A DNA stretch of 51,809 bases from an uncultured Candidatus Saccharibacteria bacterium (GCA_964469955.1 CAYXZK010000021.1:1-51809); one strand, 5' to 3'; shown: positions 40,176-49,721, numbered from the stretch's first letter. Translations and numbers: made by a program. Notes: generated by a model not told the origin, from the sequence alone.

Positions 40176-42743
40176 TTAGCCGTATTTCGGCCAACAACAT
40201 TTCTTGTACTTTTTACCAGAACCACACGGACAAAGATCGTTTCGTCCCACTTTTTTGTATTTATTGATCAATGAATTGTTCGCGTTAGTTCCCTCTTCTT
40301 TAGTGTTCTGGTCCCTATATATAGACATAGGTTTTTGCGGTCTTTCTCTCTTCTCGTTTAAATTTTGGTTTTCTGGCGGATTAAATTTAATCTCTGCTTT
40401 AAAAACAGCGTTTGCGATTGTGTTCTCAACCGATTTAAGTAATTCTTGAAACATTTTATGGCCTTCTCTTTTATATTCAACCAAAGGATCTTGCTGACCG
40501 TAAGCTCTTAAGCGAACAGAATCTCTTAAACGCTCCATATCTTCTAAGTGCTCAACCCAAAAAGAGTCTAAAACCCTTAAACAAACAATCTTCTCAACTT
40601 GCCTCATATTTTCTTCTCCAACTTGTTTTTCTTTTTCTTGGTAATCAGATTCTGAATAACCTGCTTTTTTAATTATTTCTACAATGTAAGAACGCAAAGT
40701 TTTTTGCATTTGGCCTGTTTCTGTTTCTTCTGCTTTATTTGATTTTTCCTCAACATAATCCGCTTGGTTCAATATCTCTCTTCTTTTTCTATAAAAAACT
40801 TCTCTGTGTTTATTCATCACATCATCGTATTCCAAAACATGTTTTCTTAAATCAAAATTCATTCCTTCAATTTTTGTTTGCGCGGATTCAATTGCTTTTG
40901 AAATTATTTTTGCTTCAATCGGCTGATCTTCTGGAATTTTAAGCGTATCCATTAAAGACTTTATTCTTTCCCCTCCAAAAACCCTCACTAAATCATCTTC
41001 TAAAGAAATAAAAAATTGAGAAGAGCCAGGATCTCCCTGTCGCCCAGCTCTGCCTCTAAGCTGATTATCAATTCTACGCGCTTCGTGTCGTTCAGTTCCA
41101 ATGATATGCAGTCCTCCCAATTCAATAACTCTTTTTTGCTCTTCTTCGTTCAAAGGATTGCCGCCCAAAATTATATCAACTCCTCTCCCCGCCATATTGG
41201 TAGCTATCGTGACTGCGCCTATTTTGCCTGCTTGGGCAATTATTTCTCCTTCTTTCTGATGATTTTTAGCATTCAGGATTTTGTGTTCAACCCCTTCCCT
41301 ACTAAGCAATTTTTCTAAATACTCATTTTTTTCAATAGAAGTTGTTCCGACCAGAACTGGTCGTCCTTGCGCGTTCATTTCTTTTATTTCTTTTGCGAGC
41401 GCTTCAAATTTACCTTGTAAGGTTTTGTAAATCCTATCCGACAATTGTTTTCTTATCAAGGGCTTGTTAGTTGGAACAACTTTAACCTCCAAACCATAAA
41501 CTTTATCAAACTCTTCGGCGGAAGTGGTGGCTGTTCCAGTCATACCAGCTAATTTGCGATACATTCTAAAATAATTCTGAAAAGTAATGCTTGCCAAAGT
41601 TCTTGATTCTTTTTGAACCTCTATGCCTTCTTTAGCTTCAACTGCTTGATGGATCCCGCCCGACCATCTACGGCCCGGCATCAATCTTCCGGTAAATTCA
41701 TCAACAATTATAATTTGATTATCTTTAACAATATAATCTTTGTCTTTTTTAAATAAACTTTTTGCTTTCAATGCCGCTTCCAATTGATGCGTAGTGGCAA
41801 TGTTATTTTCGGCCCAAGGATCATATCCCAAAATCTTAACAATTTTGTCTTGTCCCGCGATCGTAAAAATAGCAGCTTTCATTTTTTCGTCTATCTCATA
41901 GTCTTGAGACTCTTTTAATTGAGCAACCACTTTCGCAAAACGATAATATTTTTCCGTGGACTCTTCTTCTGGAGCTGAAATAATCAAAGGCGTTCTCGCT
42001 TCATCAATAAGAATAGAATCCACCTCATCAATAATCGCGTAATGAAAACTTCTTTGAATTTCATTTTTTAAATCATAGACCATATTGTTCCTTAAGTAGT
42101 CAAAACCAAACTCATTATTGGTTCCATAAGTAATATCTGCTTGATAAGCTTCCTTGCGCGTAACGGGCTTTAAATAATCTTCAACAATTTTAAAGCTTCC
42201 CAGTATATCCCTAAGATTATCTTTTTCTTCTGTTGGTTTTTTATAATTAGCATCGTATAAAAAAGATTGCTCGTGGTTTATACATCCTACCGAGACTCCT
42301 AATATATTGTAAATCTGACCCATCCAAACAGTGTCTCTTCTCGCCAGATAATCATTAACAGTAACTAAATGAGCGCCCTTTCCTTCAAGAGCGTTTAGGT
42401 ATAACGGTAAGGTTGCTGAAAGTGTTTTACCTTCACCGGTTTTCATTTCGCTTATTTTCCCTTCATGCAAAATAATCCCGCAAATTAACTGGACATCAAA
42501 ATGCCTTTGCTTTAATGTTCTTTTGGCCGCTTCTCTTACTAAAGCAAAAGCTTCGGGCAAAATTACTTCTAAGCTTTCTTTAGCGTTTAACCTTGCTTTA
42601 AATTCAAAAGTTTTATCTTTTAATTGTTGCTCGGAAAATTTTTCAAATTCAGATTCAAAAGAATTTATTTTTACAATTATTGGTTGTAGTTTTTTAAAAT
42701 ATTTTTCTTCTGGATTTTTAAAAATTTTATTTAAAAATGACAT
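40176..42743 (-). CDS. secA: Preprotein translocase ATPase SecA
   Basis: 855 aa. MKTGEGKT Walker A, DEAD-like IIDEVDSILIDEARTPL, and a C-terminal zinc finger (CPCGSGKKYKKCC). Confidence 0.95.
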   Translation of the reverse strand: MSFLNKIFKNPEEKYFKKLQPIIVKINSFESEFEKFSEQQLKDKTFEFKARLNAKESLEVILPEAFALVREAAKRTLKQRHFDVQLICGIILHEGKISEMKTGEGKTLSATLPLYLNALEGKGAHLVTVNDYLARRDTVWMGQIYNILGVSVGCINHEQSFLYDANYKKPTEEKDNLRDILGSFKIVEDYLKPVTRKEAYQADITYGTNNEFGFDYLRNNMVYDLKNEIQRSFHYAIIDEVDSILIDEARTPLIISAPEEESTEKYYRFAKVVAQLKESQDYEIDEKMKAAIFTIAGQDKIVKILGYDPWAENNIATTHQLEAALKAKSLFKKDKDYIVKDNQIIIVDEFTGRLMPGRRWSGGIHQAVEAKEGIEVQKESRTLASITFQNYFRMYRKLAGMTGTATTSAEEFDKVYGLEVKVVPTNKPLIRKQLSDRIYKTLQGKFEALAKEIKEMNAQGRPVLVGTTSIEKNEYLEKLLSREGVEHKILNAKNHQKEGEIIAQAGKIGAVTIATNMAGRGVDIILGGNPLNEEEQKRVIELGGLHIIGTERHEARRIDNQLRGRAGRQGDPGSSQFFISLEDDLVRVFGGERIKSLMDTLKIPEDQPIEAKIISKAIESAQTKIEGMNFDLRKHVLEYDDVMNKHREVFYRKRREILNQADYVEEKSNKAEETETGQMQKTLRSYIVEIIKKAGYSESDYQEKEKQVGEENMRQVEKIVCLRVLDSFWVEHLEDMERLRDSVRLRAYGQQDPLVEYKREGHKMFQELLKSVENTIANAVFKAEIKFNPPENQNLNEKRERPQKPMSIYRDQNTKEEGTNANNSLINKYKKVGRNDLCPCGSGKKYKKCCWPKYG

Positions 42744-42901
42744 AATCTAATTGTTTTTCACAAATACCAAATAATAATTAACCAAATTAATAAATAGACG
42801 ACAAACTTGCTCGAACAAATGTTCAGCCAAGCAGACAACAAACAACCAATGATGATTTATAGCCAATAAACATTAAACAATCAATAGCTAACAATCAATA
42901 A

Positions 42902-43327
42902 CTACTTCTTTCTTTTGAACCTAGCTAAAGAAGAAAAATGAAAAAGATTTTTAAACCTGCGGGCTTTCCTTACTTTAATCGCTTTATTTCTTTCTTTGTA
43001 TTGTTTGATGGCTCTATAGAGTTGATTTTTAACTTCAACAATAGCTACCCTTAAATCGTCTTGAGTAGATTCTGCTCTAATTGTTTTTTTGGGCAAACGC
43101 ATTTGCGCTTCTGCTCTAAAAATTTTTCCTTTGGAATGATGGCTTGTTGTTTTTTCAATTTCTACCCAAACTTCTGTGCGCGCCTTCATTTTTTTGAAAA
43201 AACCTTCGCAACATTTTTTTTCTTTTAAAACATCAGCGAATTTTTTTAATTCTCCAATTTTAGCGTTTATGTATATTTTCAAAGCTTCGTTTAATTTAAT
43301 ATTTGTGGCTTTTATCGTAATTTTCAT
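42902..43327 (-). CDS. hpf: Ribosome hibernation promoting factor / RaiA family, with basic C-terminal tail
   Basis: MKITIKATNIKLNEALKIYINAKIGELKKF is a typical HPF/YfiA N-terminus. Confidence 0.8.
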   Translation of the reverse strand: MKITIKATNIKLNEALKIYINAKIGELKKFADVLKEKKCCEGFFKKMKARTEVWVEIEKTTSHHSKGKIFRAEAQMRLPKKTIRAESTQDDLRVAIVEVKNQLYRAIKQYKERNKAIKVRKARRFKNLFHFSSLARFKRKK

Positions 43328-43404
43328 AAATAAATTAATGGTTTATATTATTACTTAAAATCTTTGTTGACTCTATTTATAATAACAGATTTACGCAGAT
43401 AAGA

Positions 43405-43427
43405 AAACTCCGCCCATGGGGCGGAGT
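43405..43427 (-). terminator. Strong intrinsic terminator between the poly-Lys mini-ORF and hpf
   Basis: AACTCCGCCC/GGGCGGAGTT form a perfect 10-bp stem with a 3-nt loop. On the minus strand it is followed by TTCTTATC. Confidence 0.7.
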
Positions 43428-43466
43428 TAGAAAAAGTTTCTAATCATCATAAGAAGTTAGACTTCT

Positions 43467-43514
43467 CTACTTCTTCTTGGTTGTCTTTTTCTTAGCTTTC
43501 TTTTTTTTAACCAT
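43467..43514 (-). CDS. Candidate 15-codon poly-lysine mini-ORF (MVKKKKAKKKTTKKK)
   Basis: Manual translation: ATG GTT AAA AAA AAG AAA GCT AAG AAA AAG ACA ACC AAG AAG AAG TAG. It sits inside a promoter-to-terminator unit. There is no clear SD, so coding status is uncertain. Confidence 0.3.
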   Translation of the reverse strand: MVKKKKAKKKTTKKK

Positions 43515-43651
43515 TTGAATTTATTCAAATCGCAAAAATTTCGCGATTTTACTAAATTACTTTAAGTTTTGACAAATAGCCGACTATTCTATTTGTATGA
43601 AAAGCCTAAACAATTCCTGAAATTATTATAATTTAAAGATATTGTTATTAA

Positions 43652-43680
43652 ATTTTATATAATGCCAATAAAACGGTCAA
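43652..43680 (-). promoter_or_regulatory. Near-consensus sigma70-like promoter immediately after the murB stop
   Basis: Minus strand TTGACC (43680-43675), a 17-nt spacer, then TAAAAT (43657-43652). Confidence 0.6.
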
Positions 43681-43689
43681 GTGCAAAAC

Positions 43690-44646
43690 TCAAAGATAGA
43701 TTATTTCTTCTTCTAAGGTTATTTTAAATTTATGTCTAACTTTGTTTTTTGCTAACTCTATAAGAAAGAGAACATCTTTGGCTTTAGCGTTGCCTAAGTT
43801 AATAATAAAATTAGCATGTTTTTCCGAAATCTTCGCGTTCCCTTTTCTGGTTCCCTTAAGCCCGCTTTTATCTATTAAAAAAGCGGCTGGAATCATATTG
43901 TTTTTATTAAATTCTTCCAACTCTGGAAATTCTTTTATTAATTTTCTGTTTCTAATTTTAGTATTTTTGTTTTTAAACATACAGCCGGCCGAAGAAAATT
44001 TAAACGGCTGGTTTTCTTTTCTGTAATTTAAATACTTTTTAATTTTATTTTTTATTTCCGTTGTTTGCGGTTTTTTTTCTTTGTTTTGTAAATTTTTAAG
44101 AAAATCAAAATTGAAAATTGCGGAAAGTATTATTAATTCTTTTTTGTGTTTAAAAATACTTTCTTTATTAGAGAAGTGGCAATCTTTTTTTGAAAAATTT
44201 TTAACCTCTAAAGTTTTAGAGTTTAATACTTCAACGCTCTCAACCAAATCCGACATAGAAGATCCGAAAGCGCCCGCGTTTCCGTAAAGCGCTCCCCCAA
44301 TCGTGCCTGGAATCCCAGCCGCCCATTCCATGCCCTTAAAAGATTTCATCTCTGTTAATTTTACAAAATCTTTTAATTCGCTACCCGCCTGAAGAGTAAC
44401 TTTAAAATTTTCTACCATTGATCCAGATATCGCGTTTTTAATAACAAGACCTTTAAAGCCTTTAGAATTAATCAATAGATTACTGCCTCCGCCTAAAATA
44501 AAAAAAGGAATATTTTCCTTTTTGGCTAACTTAAGAGCTTCAATAAGATCTTCTTTTTTTTGAGCTATTAAAAAATATTTCGCAGGCCCTCCTATTCTAA
44601 ACGAAGTATAGTTCTTTAATAAAATATTTTTTTTAATCTTGATCAT
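43690..44646 (-). CDS. murB: UDP-N-acetylenolpyruvoylglucosamine reductase
   Basis: YTSFRIGGPAKYF, FILGGGSNLL, and the C-terminal domain motif KISEKHANFIIN. Confidence 0.9.
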   Translation of the reverse strand: MIKIKKNILLKNYTSFRIGGPAKYFLIAQKKEDLIEALKLAKKENIPFFILGGGSNLLINSKGFKGLVIKNAISGSMVENFKVTLQAGSELKDFVKLTEMKSFKGMEWAAGIPGTIGGALYGNAGAFGSSMSDLVESVEVLNSKTLEVKNFSKKDCHFSNKESIFKHKKELIILSAIFNFDFLKNLQNKEKKPQTTEIKNKIKKYLNYRKENQPFKFSSAGCMFKNKNTKIRNRKLIKEFPELEEFNKNNMIPAAFLIDKSGLKGTRKGNAKISEKHANFIINLGNAKAKDVLFLIELAKNKVRHKFKITLEEEIIYL

Positions 44647-44731
44647 TGTTTATTAAAGATTAATTAAAAAGGTCGGAAGAGTTACTCCAATTCTAAGTTT
44701 TTAGTGAGTGCTACCTTCCGACCCAATCTTT

Positions 44732-44760
44732 ATTATAAACTATTTAAAAAAGTAAATCAA
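44732..44760 (-). promoter_or_regulatory. Sigma70-like promoter upstream of murB
   Basis: Minus strand TTGATT (44760-44755), a 17-nt spacer, then TATAAT (44737-44732). Confidence 0.6.
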
Positions 44761-44801
44761 TTTCACTCCAAGGTATCTAAAAAATAATCTTAAGAAAACA
44801 A

Positions 44802-44858
44802 AAGACCTTGTTGAAACAAGGTCTTCTGCCAACTCAGATGAAGTCTGCCGAAGCAGAC
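44802..44858 (-). terminator. Terminator region after the metalloprotease gene (UUCG-tetraloop hairpin plus a U-tract hairpin)
   Basis: On the minus strand, GGTCTGC-TTCG-GCAGACT lies at 44843-44858. AAGACCTTG/CAAGGTCTT (44802-44825) follows, then TTGTTTTCTT. Confidence 0.7.
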
Positions 44859-44899
44859 CGCACTCACTGCTTGAATAATAGCAAATTTAAAACACTTTG

Positions 44900-46612
44900 T
44901 CAAATATTTTTATTTAAAATTTCATTAATTTTAGAGCGCGTCATCTTGCCAACAAAACCAGTTCCTTTTTCCAGATTTAAAGGATAAAGAACGTCCTCGG
45001 CATATTTTTCTTGAAATTCAATTACAGCTCTCTGTGTCAAAGAAAAAAAATTGCCAGTAACAAGGCCTTCTGGATAGATTTCTTTTTCATAAAATTTTAG
45101 AAAATTTTGTAAAAATTTTACTTCTGAATTATTAGTTAATCCAAAATAAAGGTCGCTTTTAATTTCTTGGAAAGAATTTTGATGTCTCTCTTCCAAAATA
45201 GTGTTTATTTTAGCCTGAACCTTAGCAATTTCTGCTTGAAGATAAGATATCTGCGCTAAAAGTTTTTCAATTAATTCTTGTTCCTGTTTTTGTTCTGCCG
45301 CGCTTTTAACTATTGAAACCTTAAACGTAAAAGGATAAGTTCCCTCATTTCCGTTAAACCCAATAGTTTTTGTTTGCAGAGAAGGCAAAATAAACAATGT
45401 CTTGTTTTCACTATTAAAATCTGGAATATAAATCTCGCCCAACTGGTTTTCATCAAGTTCCATAAATCCAATTGAATAATTTCCTTGTTCGTCTTGCGTC
45501 AAATAAGGAATTCTAAAATTAAGCCCAGCCAATCCTTCAAATTCTAATTTTAAAATGCCGCTTCCACCGATAAATTTTTGCCAATTACCCGACCAATTTT
45601 TAGTTAAATTCGTTACCGTTAAAGAGCTTTTTCCAGACAAAGGCAAAAAGTTAAGAGTAGGAACAATTTTTAAATCTTTTAAATTTTCGTTAAGATAACA
45701 ATATTTCTCACCCAACGAACAATCGTTTACCAAGACGGCAATTGTCCAATCAGTAAAAATTTGATGAAAATTTTCCTCAAATCCATTTTTTACCAATGCT
45801 TCGTTCAAACTCGGAATTCCAACTTCTCTTGATTTTAAAGAATCTGCCAAAATCTCAATTCCATAATGGTCAACTAAATATTGGATAAAAAGATTTAACG
45901 CCCCGTAATCGTATTTCTTTCCACGCCATTCCGTAATTGAATCAGATGGATTTTCTAAGAAAATATCTACCCTTGACTCTAAATTGCTGCCTTGATATTC
46001 AGAATCATAACCAATCAAAGTTGGAGCATATTCAGCGCGCGCTTCGTTTAGCCAAATTTCTTCGCTCACATTGTTAATCTTATCTTTTTGGTTAAAGGTT
46101 ATCAGATGGGTAAATTCATGCGCTACAAGAGCGCCTAATTTTGGGTTTCCAATATGGCTTGAAGAGACATAGAACATTTCTCTTTCGTTGGAATAAGGCG
46201 CTTGAAATTTTAGATACTCGTCCACATTGCGAAAATATCCTCCCACGCCTTCTTTCATTCTATGAAATAAAATGGTTATTTTTTCGTCCCCGTCAATTCC
46301 AGGCTTGCGTTCTTCTCCAAAGGTTGAGGTTAATTTAGGATAAATTTTATTTTCGAATTCTGCGGACAAATCGTCTAACATTTCAGAGATATTCGCTTTC
46401 TGGGAATAAGTTCTTGAATTCCACCAATCCGCTTCAATATAAAGATAAAGCTTTGAAGTTGTTTTTACGGAAACAGCTTCAAGGTTTTCTCTGGCTGAAA
46501 TATCGTAACTTGAATCAATGTTAAAAAGAATGCCTTTGGCAAGGATTGTTGTTGGGAAATAAGCTCCGACTAAAACCAAGGATAAAATTGCTAAAAAAAT
46601 TATTTTTTTCAT
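44900..46612 (-). CDS. Secreted zinc-metalloprotease-like protein with coiled coil and C-terminal peptidoglycan-binding domain
   Basis: Signal-like N-terminus (MKKIIFLAILSLVLVGAYF, start at 46612), HEFTHL (HExxH), and a C-terminal PG_binding_1-like stretch (LQNFLKFYEKEIYPEGLVTGNFFSLTQRAVIEFQEKY). The track ORF extends to 46678. Confidence 0.65.
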   Translation of the reverse strand: MKKIIFLAILSLVLVGAYFPTTILAKGILFNIDSSYDISARENLEAVSVKTTSKLYLYIEADWWNSRTYSQKANISEMLDDLSAEFENKIYPKLTSTFGEERKPGIDGDEKITILFHRMKEGVGGYFRNVDEYLKFQAPYSNEREMFYVSSSHIGNPKLGALVAHEFTHLITFNQKDKINNVSEEIWLNEARAEYAPTLIGYDSEYQGSNLESRVDIFLENPSDSITEWRGKKYDYGALNLFIQYLVDHYGIEILADSLKSREVGIPSLNEALVKNGFEENFHQIFTDWTIAVLVNDCSLGEKYCYLNENLKDLKIVPTLNFLPLSGKSSLTVTNLTKNWSGNWQKFIGGSGILKLEFEGLAGLNFRIPYLTQDEQGNYSIGFMELDENQLGEIYIPDFNSENKTLFILPSLQTKTIGFNGNEGTYPFTFKVSIVKSAAEQKQEQELIEKLLAQISYLQAEIAKVQAKINTILEERHQNSFQEIKSDLYFGLTNNSEVKFLQNFLKFYEKEIYPEGLVTGNFFSLTQRAVIEFQEKYAEDVLYPLNLEKGTGFVGKMTRSKINEILNKNI

Positions 46613-46731
46613 ATAATTTTTCTGGAAATGTTTCCAAGATAACATTTTAATTTTAACATAAAAAATAAATTCAAACAAAAAAACACAAGTTGGTCTTGCA
46701 CTAAATTAAACTTTTAAAACAATAGAGCGCT

Positions 46732-48594
46732 TTATTTATAAAAAGGAACAACTTTTTTAAGAAGCGCGATTATTTCTGATTGGCCGCTTTTCTCTAAAGC
46801 TAATTTCAGCTCTATTAAATCTTGTTCTAATTTTTCCTTATCAACTTGGGCTAATTTGGCTTTAAAAATTTTATGATGCTGTGTCGCCACAGTTCCTTCT
46901 TCAGCAGTTAAAATTTCTTCGAAAAATTTTTCTCCCGGGCGCGGTTGAGTAAAAACAATTGGAATATCTTTGTCAGGCTCAAAACCAGAAAAACGAATCA
47001 ATTCTTTCGCTAAATCAATTATCTTAATTGGTTTGCCCATATCTAAGACAAAAACTTCCCCGCCTTGTCCTATTTGCGCGGCTTGCATCACTAAAAGACA
47101 AGCCTCTGAAGTAACCATAAAATATCTTTTCATTTCAGGATGCGTAACTGTCACAGGTCCACCTTTTTTAATCTGTTCTTTAAAAATAGGGATTACACTT
47201 CCGCGACTATTCAATACATTTCCAAAACGAACTGAAATAAATTTAACTCCATTTCTTTGGTTTAGATACTGACAAATCATTTCTCCTGCCCTTTTTGTCG
47301 CTCCCATCACAGACACAGGATTAACCGCTTTGTCTGTAGATATAAGGATAAATTTTTCCGCGTTAAATTTTAATGCGGCCTTGGCAACAATTTCTGTTCC
47401 AAGAATGTTATTTTTGATAGCTTCGTCAGGATTTTCCTCCATTAAGGGCACATGCTTATAAGCAGCTGCGTGGAAAATAATATTTGGCATAAATTGTTGA
47501 AAAATTTTATTTATTTTATATTTGTCCCCAATATCCGCAATTATTGATTCAATCTTAAGATTAGGAAATTTTTCTTTTATTTCTCCTGATATATTAAAAA
47601 TACCTGTTTCGTCTTGATCTAAAAGTATTAGTTTTGAAGGACTAAATTTAGATACTTGTTTTGCCAATTCAGATCCAATTGAACCAGAAGCTCCGGTAAT
47701 TAAAATCTTTTTTGTTTTAATAAAGTCTTCTATTAGATTTGTATTCAGCGATACAGCTTCTCTTCCAAGCAAATCTTCTATTTCTATTTCTCGCAAATCT
47801 TTTGTTGAAATTTGCCCGTCTATTATTTCAGTTATAGACGGAATAATTTTAATATTCTTAACATCTGCCTTTCTGCCTAATTCAACAGCTTCTTTAATGG
47901 TTTGAGGGCTGGCAGAAGGAAGCGCGATAATCATTTGTTTCACATCTTTTTCTCTAATTATGTTCGGGATAGCGCTAATCTTACCCAAAACTTTAAGCCC
48001 ATGAATCGCAATCCCTTGTTTTATTAAATTATCATCAACAAAACCAACAGGTAAATAAAAATTATCCCTTGAAGCTAAAATACTTCTTAAAATCTGTTCG
48101 CCCGCATCGCCTGCTCCTATAATCAAAGTTTCTTCTTTGCCTTTTTTAATTCCTGTTACGAATAGTTGAAAATAAATTCTTTTAGCAAAACGGATCGCTC
48201 CACAGAAGACGAAAACTAAAAAATAAATTATGAAAAGAGTTGATCTTGGAAAATTTTGGAAAATAATCTTATCTTTAAAAATCAAAAATACAATTAGTGA
48301 AAGAGTGAAACTTATTATTACTGCCTTTGCCAAAGATATCAATTCGTCGGTGCTTACATAAGACCAAGAAAAAGAATAAAGCCGGAAAAAATAGAAAATA
48401 GGTAACGTGAGAAACAAAACCAAAATAATCAATGAAAAGATTATATCAAAATATTGACTTGGTATGTTTGCGTCAAAACGCAATAGAAAAGCTAAGAAAA
48501 CCGAAAAAACTATCAGTAGAATATCTAAAAAGAAAAAAAACAAAAATCTTGTTTTAGATGTTTTTTTAATATGTTTAAAAAATGGCAAAATCAT
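46732..48594 (-). CDS. Membrane-bound UDP-GlcNAc 4,6-dehydratase (PglF/CapD/WbpM family)
   Basis: 620 aa with four N-terminal TM helices and two Rossmann motifs (IIGAGDAG, ITGASGSIGSEL). SDR catalytic region AAAYKHV. Confidence 0.85.
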   Translation of the reverse strand: MILPFFKHIKKTSKTRFLFFFFLDILLIVFSVFLAFLLRFDANIPSQYFDIIFSLIILVLFLTLPIFYFFRLYSFSWSYVSTDELISLAKAVIISFTLSLIVFLIFKDKIIFQNFPRSTLFIIYFLVFVFCGAIRFAKRIYFQLFVTGIKKGKEETLIIGAGDAGEQILRSILASRDNFYLPVGFVDDNLIKQGIAIHGLKVLGKISAIPNIIREKDVKQMIIALPSASPQTIKEAVELGRKADVKNIKIIPSITEIIDGQISTKDLREIEIEDLLGREAVSLNTNLIEDFIKTKKILITGASGSIGSELAKQVSKFSPSKLILLDQDETGIFNISGEIKEKFPNLKIESIIADIGDKYKINKIFQQFMPNIIFHAAAYKHVPLMEENPDEAIKNNILGTEIVAKAALKFNAEKFILISTDKAVNPVSVMGATKRAGEMICQYLNQRNGVKFISVRFGNVLNSRGSVIPIFKEQIKKGGPVTVTHPEMKRYFMVTSEACLLVMQAAQIGQGGEVFVLDMGKPIKIIDLAKELIRFSGFEPDKDIPIVFTQPRPGEKFFEEILTAEEGTVATQHHKIFKAKLAQVDKEKLEQDLIELKLALEKSGQSEIIALLKKVVPFYK

Positions 48595-49715
48595 TTTAAT
48601 TCTTCAATTGTTTCTCTTAAACTTTCAACAACATAAATTATTTCCTCTTCTTTCAGGTTATTAAAAAAGGGCAAGGCAATGGTTCTTTGGCTAATCTTTT
48701 CTGTAATAGGAAAATCATTGTTTGTATAGCCAAACATTTCCCTATAAAATGGCTGAAGATGAATAGATTGAAAATAAAAACCACATTGAATATCTTTTTT
48801 ATTCATTTCTGCTATGACTATATTACGATCTTTTTCAGAAAAATTATCATTTAATATAATCACATAAACGAAAGGGCTTATTCTTTTGTCAAAAAAGAAA
48901 TTTGGAACCTTGATTTCTGAAATGTCTTTAAGTTTATTATTATAAGCTTCAGCAACTCTTTTTCTTTTATTTAAAATTTCTTCAACCCTTGATAATTGCG
49001 CTACTCCAAGAGCGCAACTCAATTCATCTAAACGATAGTTATAACCCAATCTTATATGCTCTAACCATTTACCATTTTCCACTCTCCTTCCTTGATTCGT
49101 CATACTATAACATTGAGTGGCAATCATTTTGTTGTTTGTCAAAACAACTCCACCCTCCCCAGTTGTAATCTGTTTATTTGGATAGAAAGCAAAAACACCA
49201 ACATCTCCAAAAGAACCACACCTCTTTCCATTATATGTTGACCCAAGAGCTTCGGCAGAGTCTTCAATTAAATGGAGGTCGTGTTTTATTGCTATGGATT
49301 TTAATTCATTCCAATCAGCTGGATTGCCAAACACATCAACCGCTAAAATTGCTTTGGTCTTTTCGTTTATTTTTTCTTCAATTTTTGAAACATCAATATT
49401 TAAAGTCTCAGAATTGATATCAACAAAAACAGGTTTTGCTTTTTCAAACAAAGCGCAGTTTGAAGAAGAAATAAAAGAAAACGGAGTAGTAATTATTTCA
49501 TCATTATCCTTAATATCTAAAGCTCTTATTATTAAATGCAAAGCGCTTGTCCCGCTATTTACCGCTATTGCATATTTTACTCCCGCGTATTTAGCAATTT
49601 TTTCTTCAAATTCTTTCAACTTAGGCCCTAAACTCAAACTTGAAGTTTCTAAAACTTCAAGAACTTTTTTCTTTTCTATATCTGTAATATCTGGTTTAGA
49701 TAAAGGTATTTTCAC
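48591..49715 (-). CDS. DegT/DnrJ/EryC1/StrS-family sugar aminotransferase (PglE-like)
   Basis: 374 aa with AVNSGTSALHL and a PLP-lysine region (FYPNKQITTGEGG). There is a 4-nt overlap with the dehydratase gene. Confidence 0.9.
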   Translation of the reverse strand: MKIPLSKPDITDIEKKKVLEVLETSSLSLGPKLKEFEEKIAKYAGVKYAIAVNSGTSALHLIIRALDIKDNDEIITTPFSFISSSNCALFEKAKPVFVDINSETLNIDVSKIEEKINEKTKAILAVDVFGNPADWNELKSIAIKHDLHLIEDSAEALGSTYNGKRCGSFGDVGVFAFYPNKQITTGEGGVVLTNNKMIATQCYSMTNQGRRVENGKWLEHIRLGYNYRLDELSCALGVAQLSRVEEILNKRKRVAEAYNNKLKDISEIKVPNFFFDKRISPFVYVIILNDNFSEKDRNIVIAEMNKKDIQCGFYFQSIHLQPFYREMFGYTNNDFPITEKISQRTIALPFFNNLKEEEIIYVVESLRETIEELK

Positions 49716-49721
49716 AAATTT

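Noticed and set aside
40176-40200. The SecA C-terminus (…KKCCWPKYG) ends in TGTTGGCCGAAATACGGCTAA, which contains a GTTGGCC REP half-site. This raised the idea of REP-derived remodelling of the SecA tail.
   Set aside because: Only a single 7-nt half-site matches, which is too short to distinguish from chance. The zinc-finger motif upstream is intact.
39987-40274. 95-aa plus-strand ORF (…LAMLVSHVSWPCDGQLTLLYYNGWPCDGQPTMADQW…).
   Set aside because: It is a read-through of the REP palindrome array, and the repeated WPCDGQ comes from the repeated GGCCATGCGATGGCCAAC. It also overlaps the secA 3' end antisense. It has no SD or promoter, so it is an artefact of repeats being free of stop codons.
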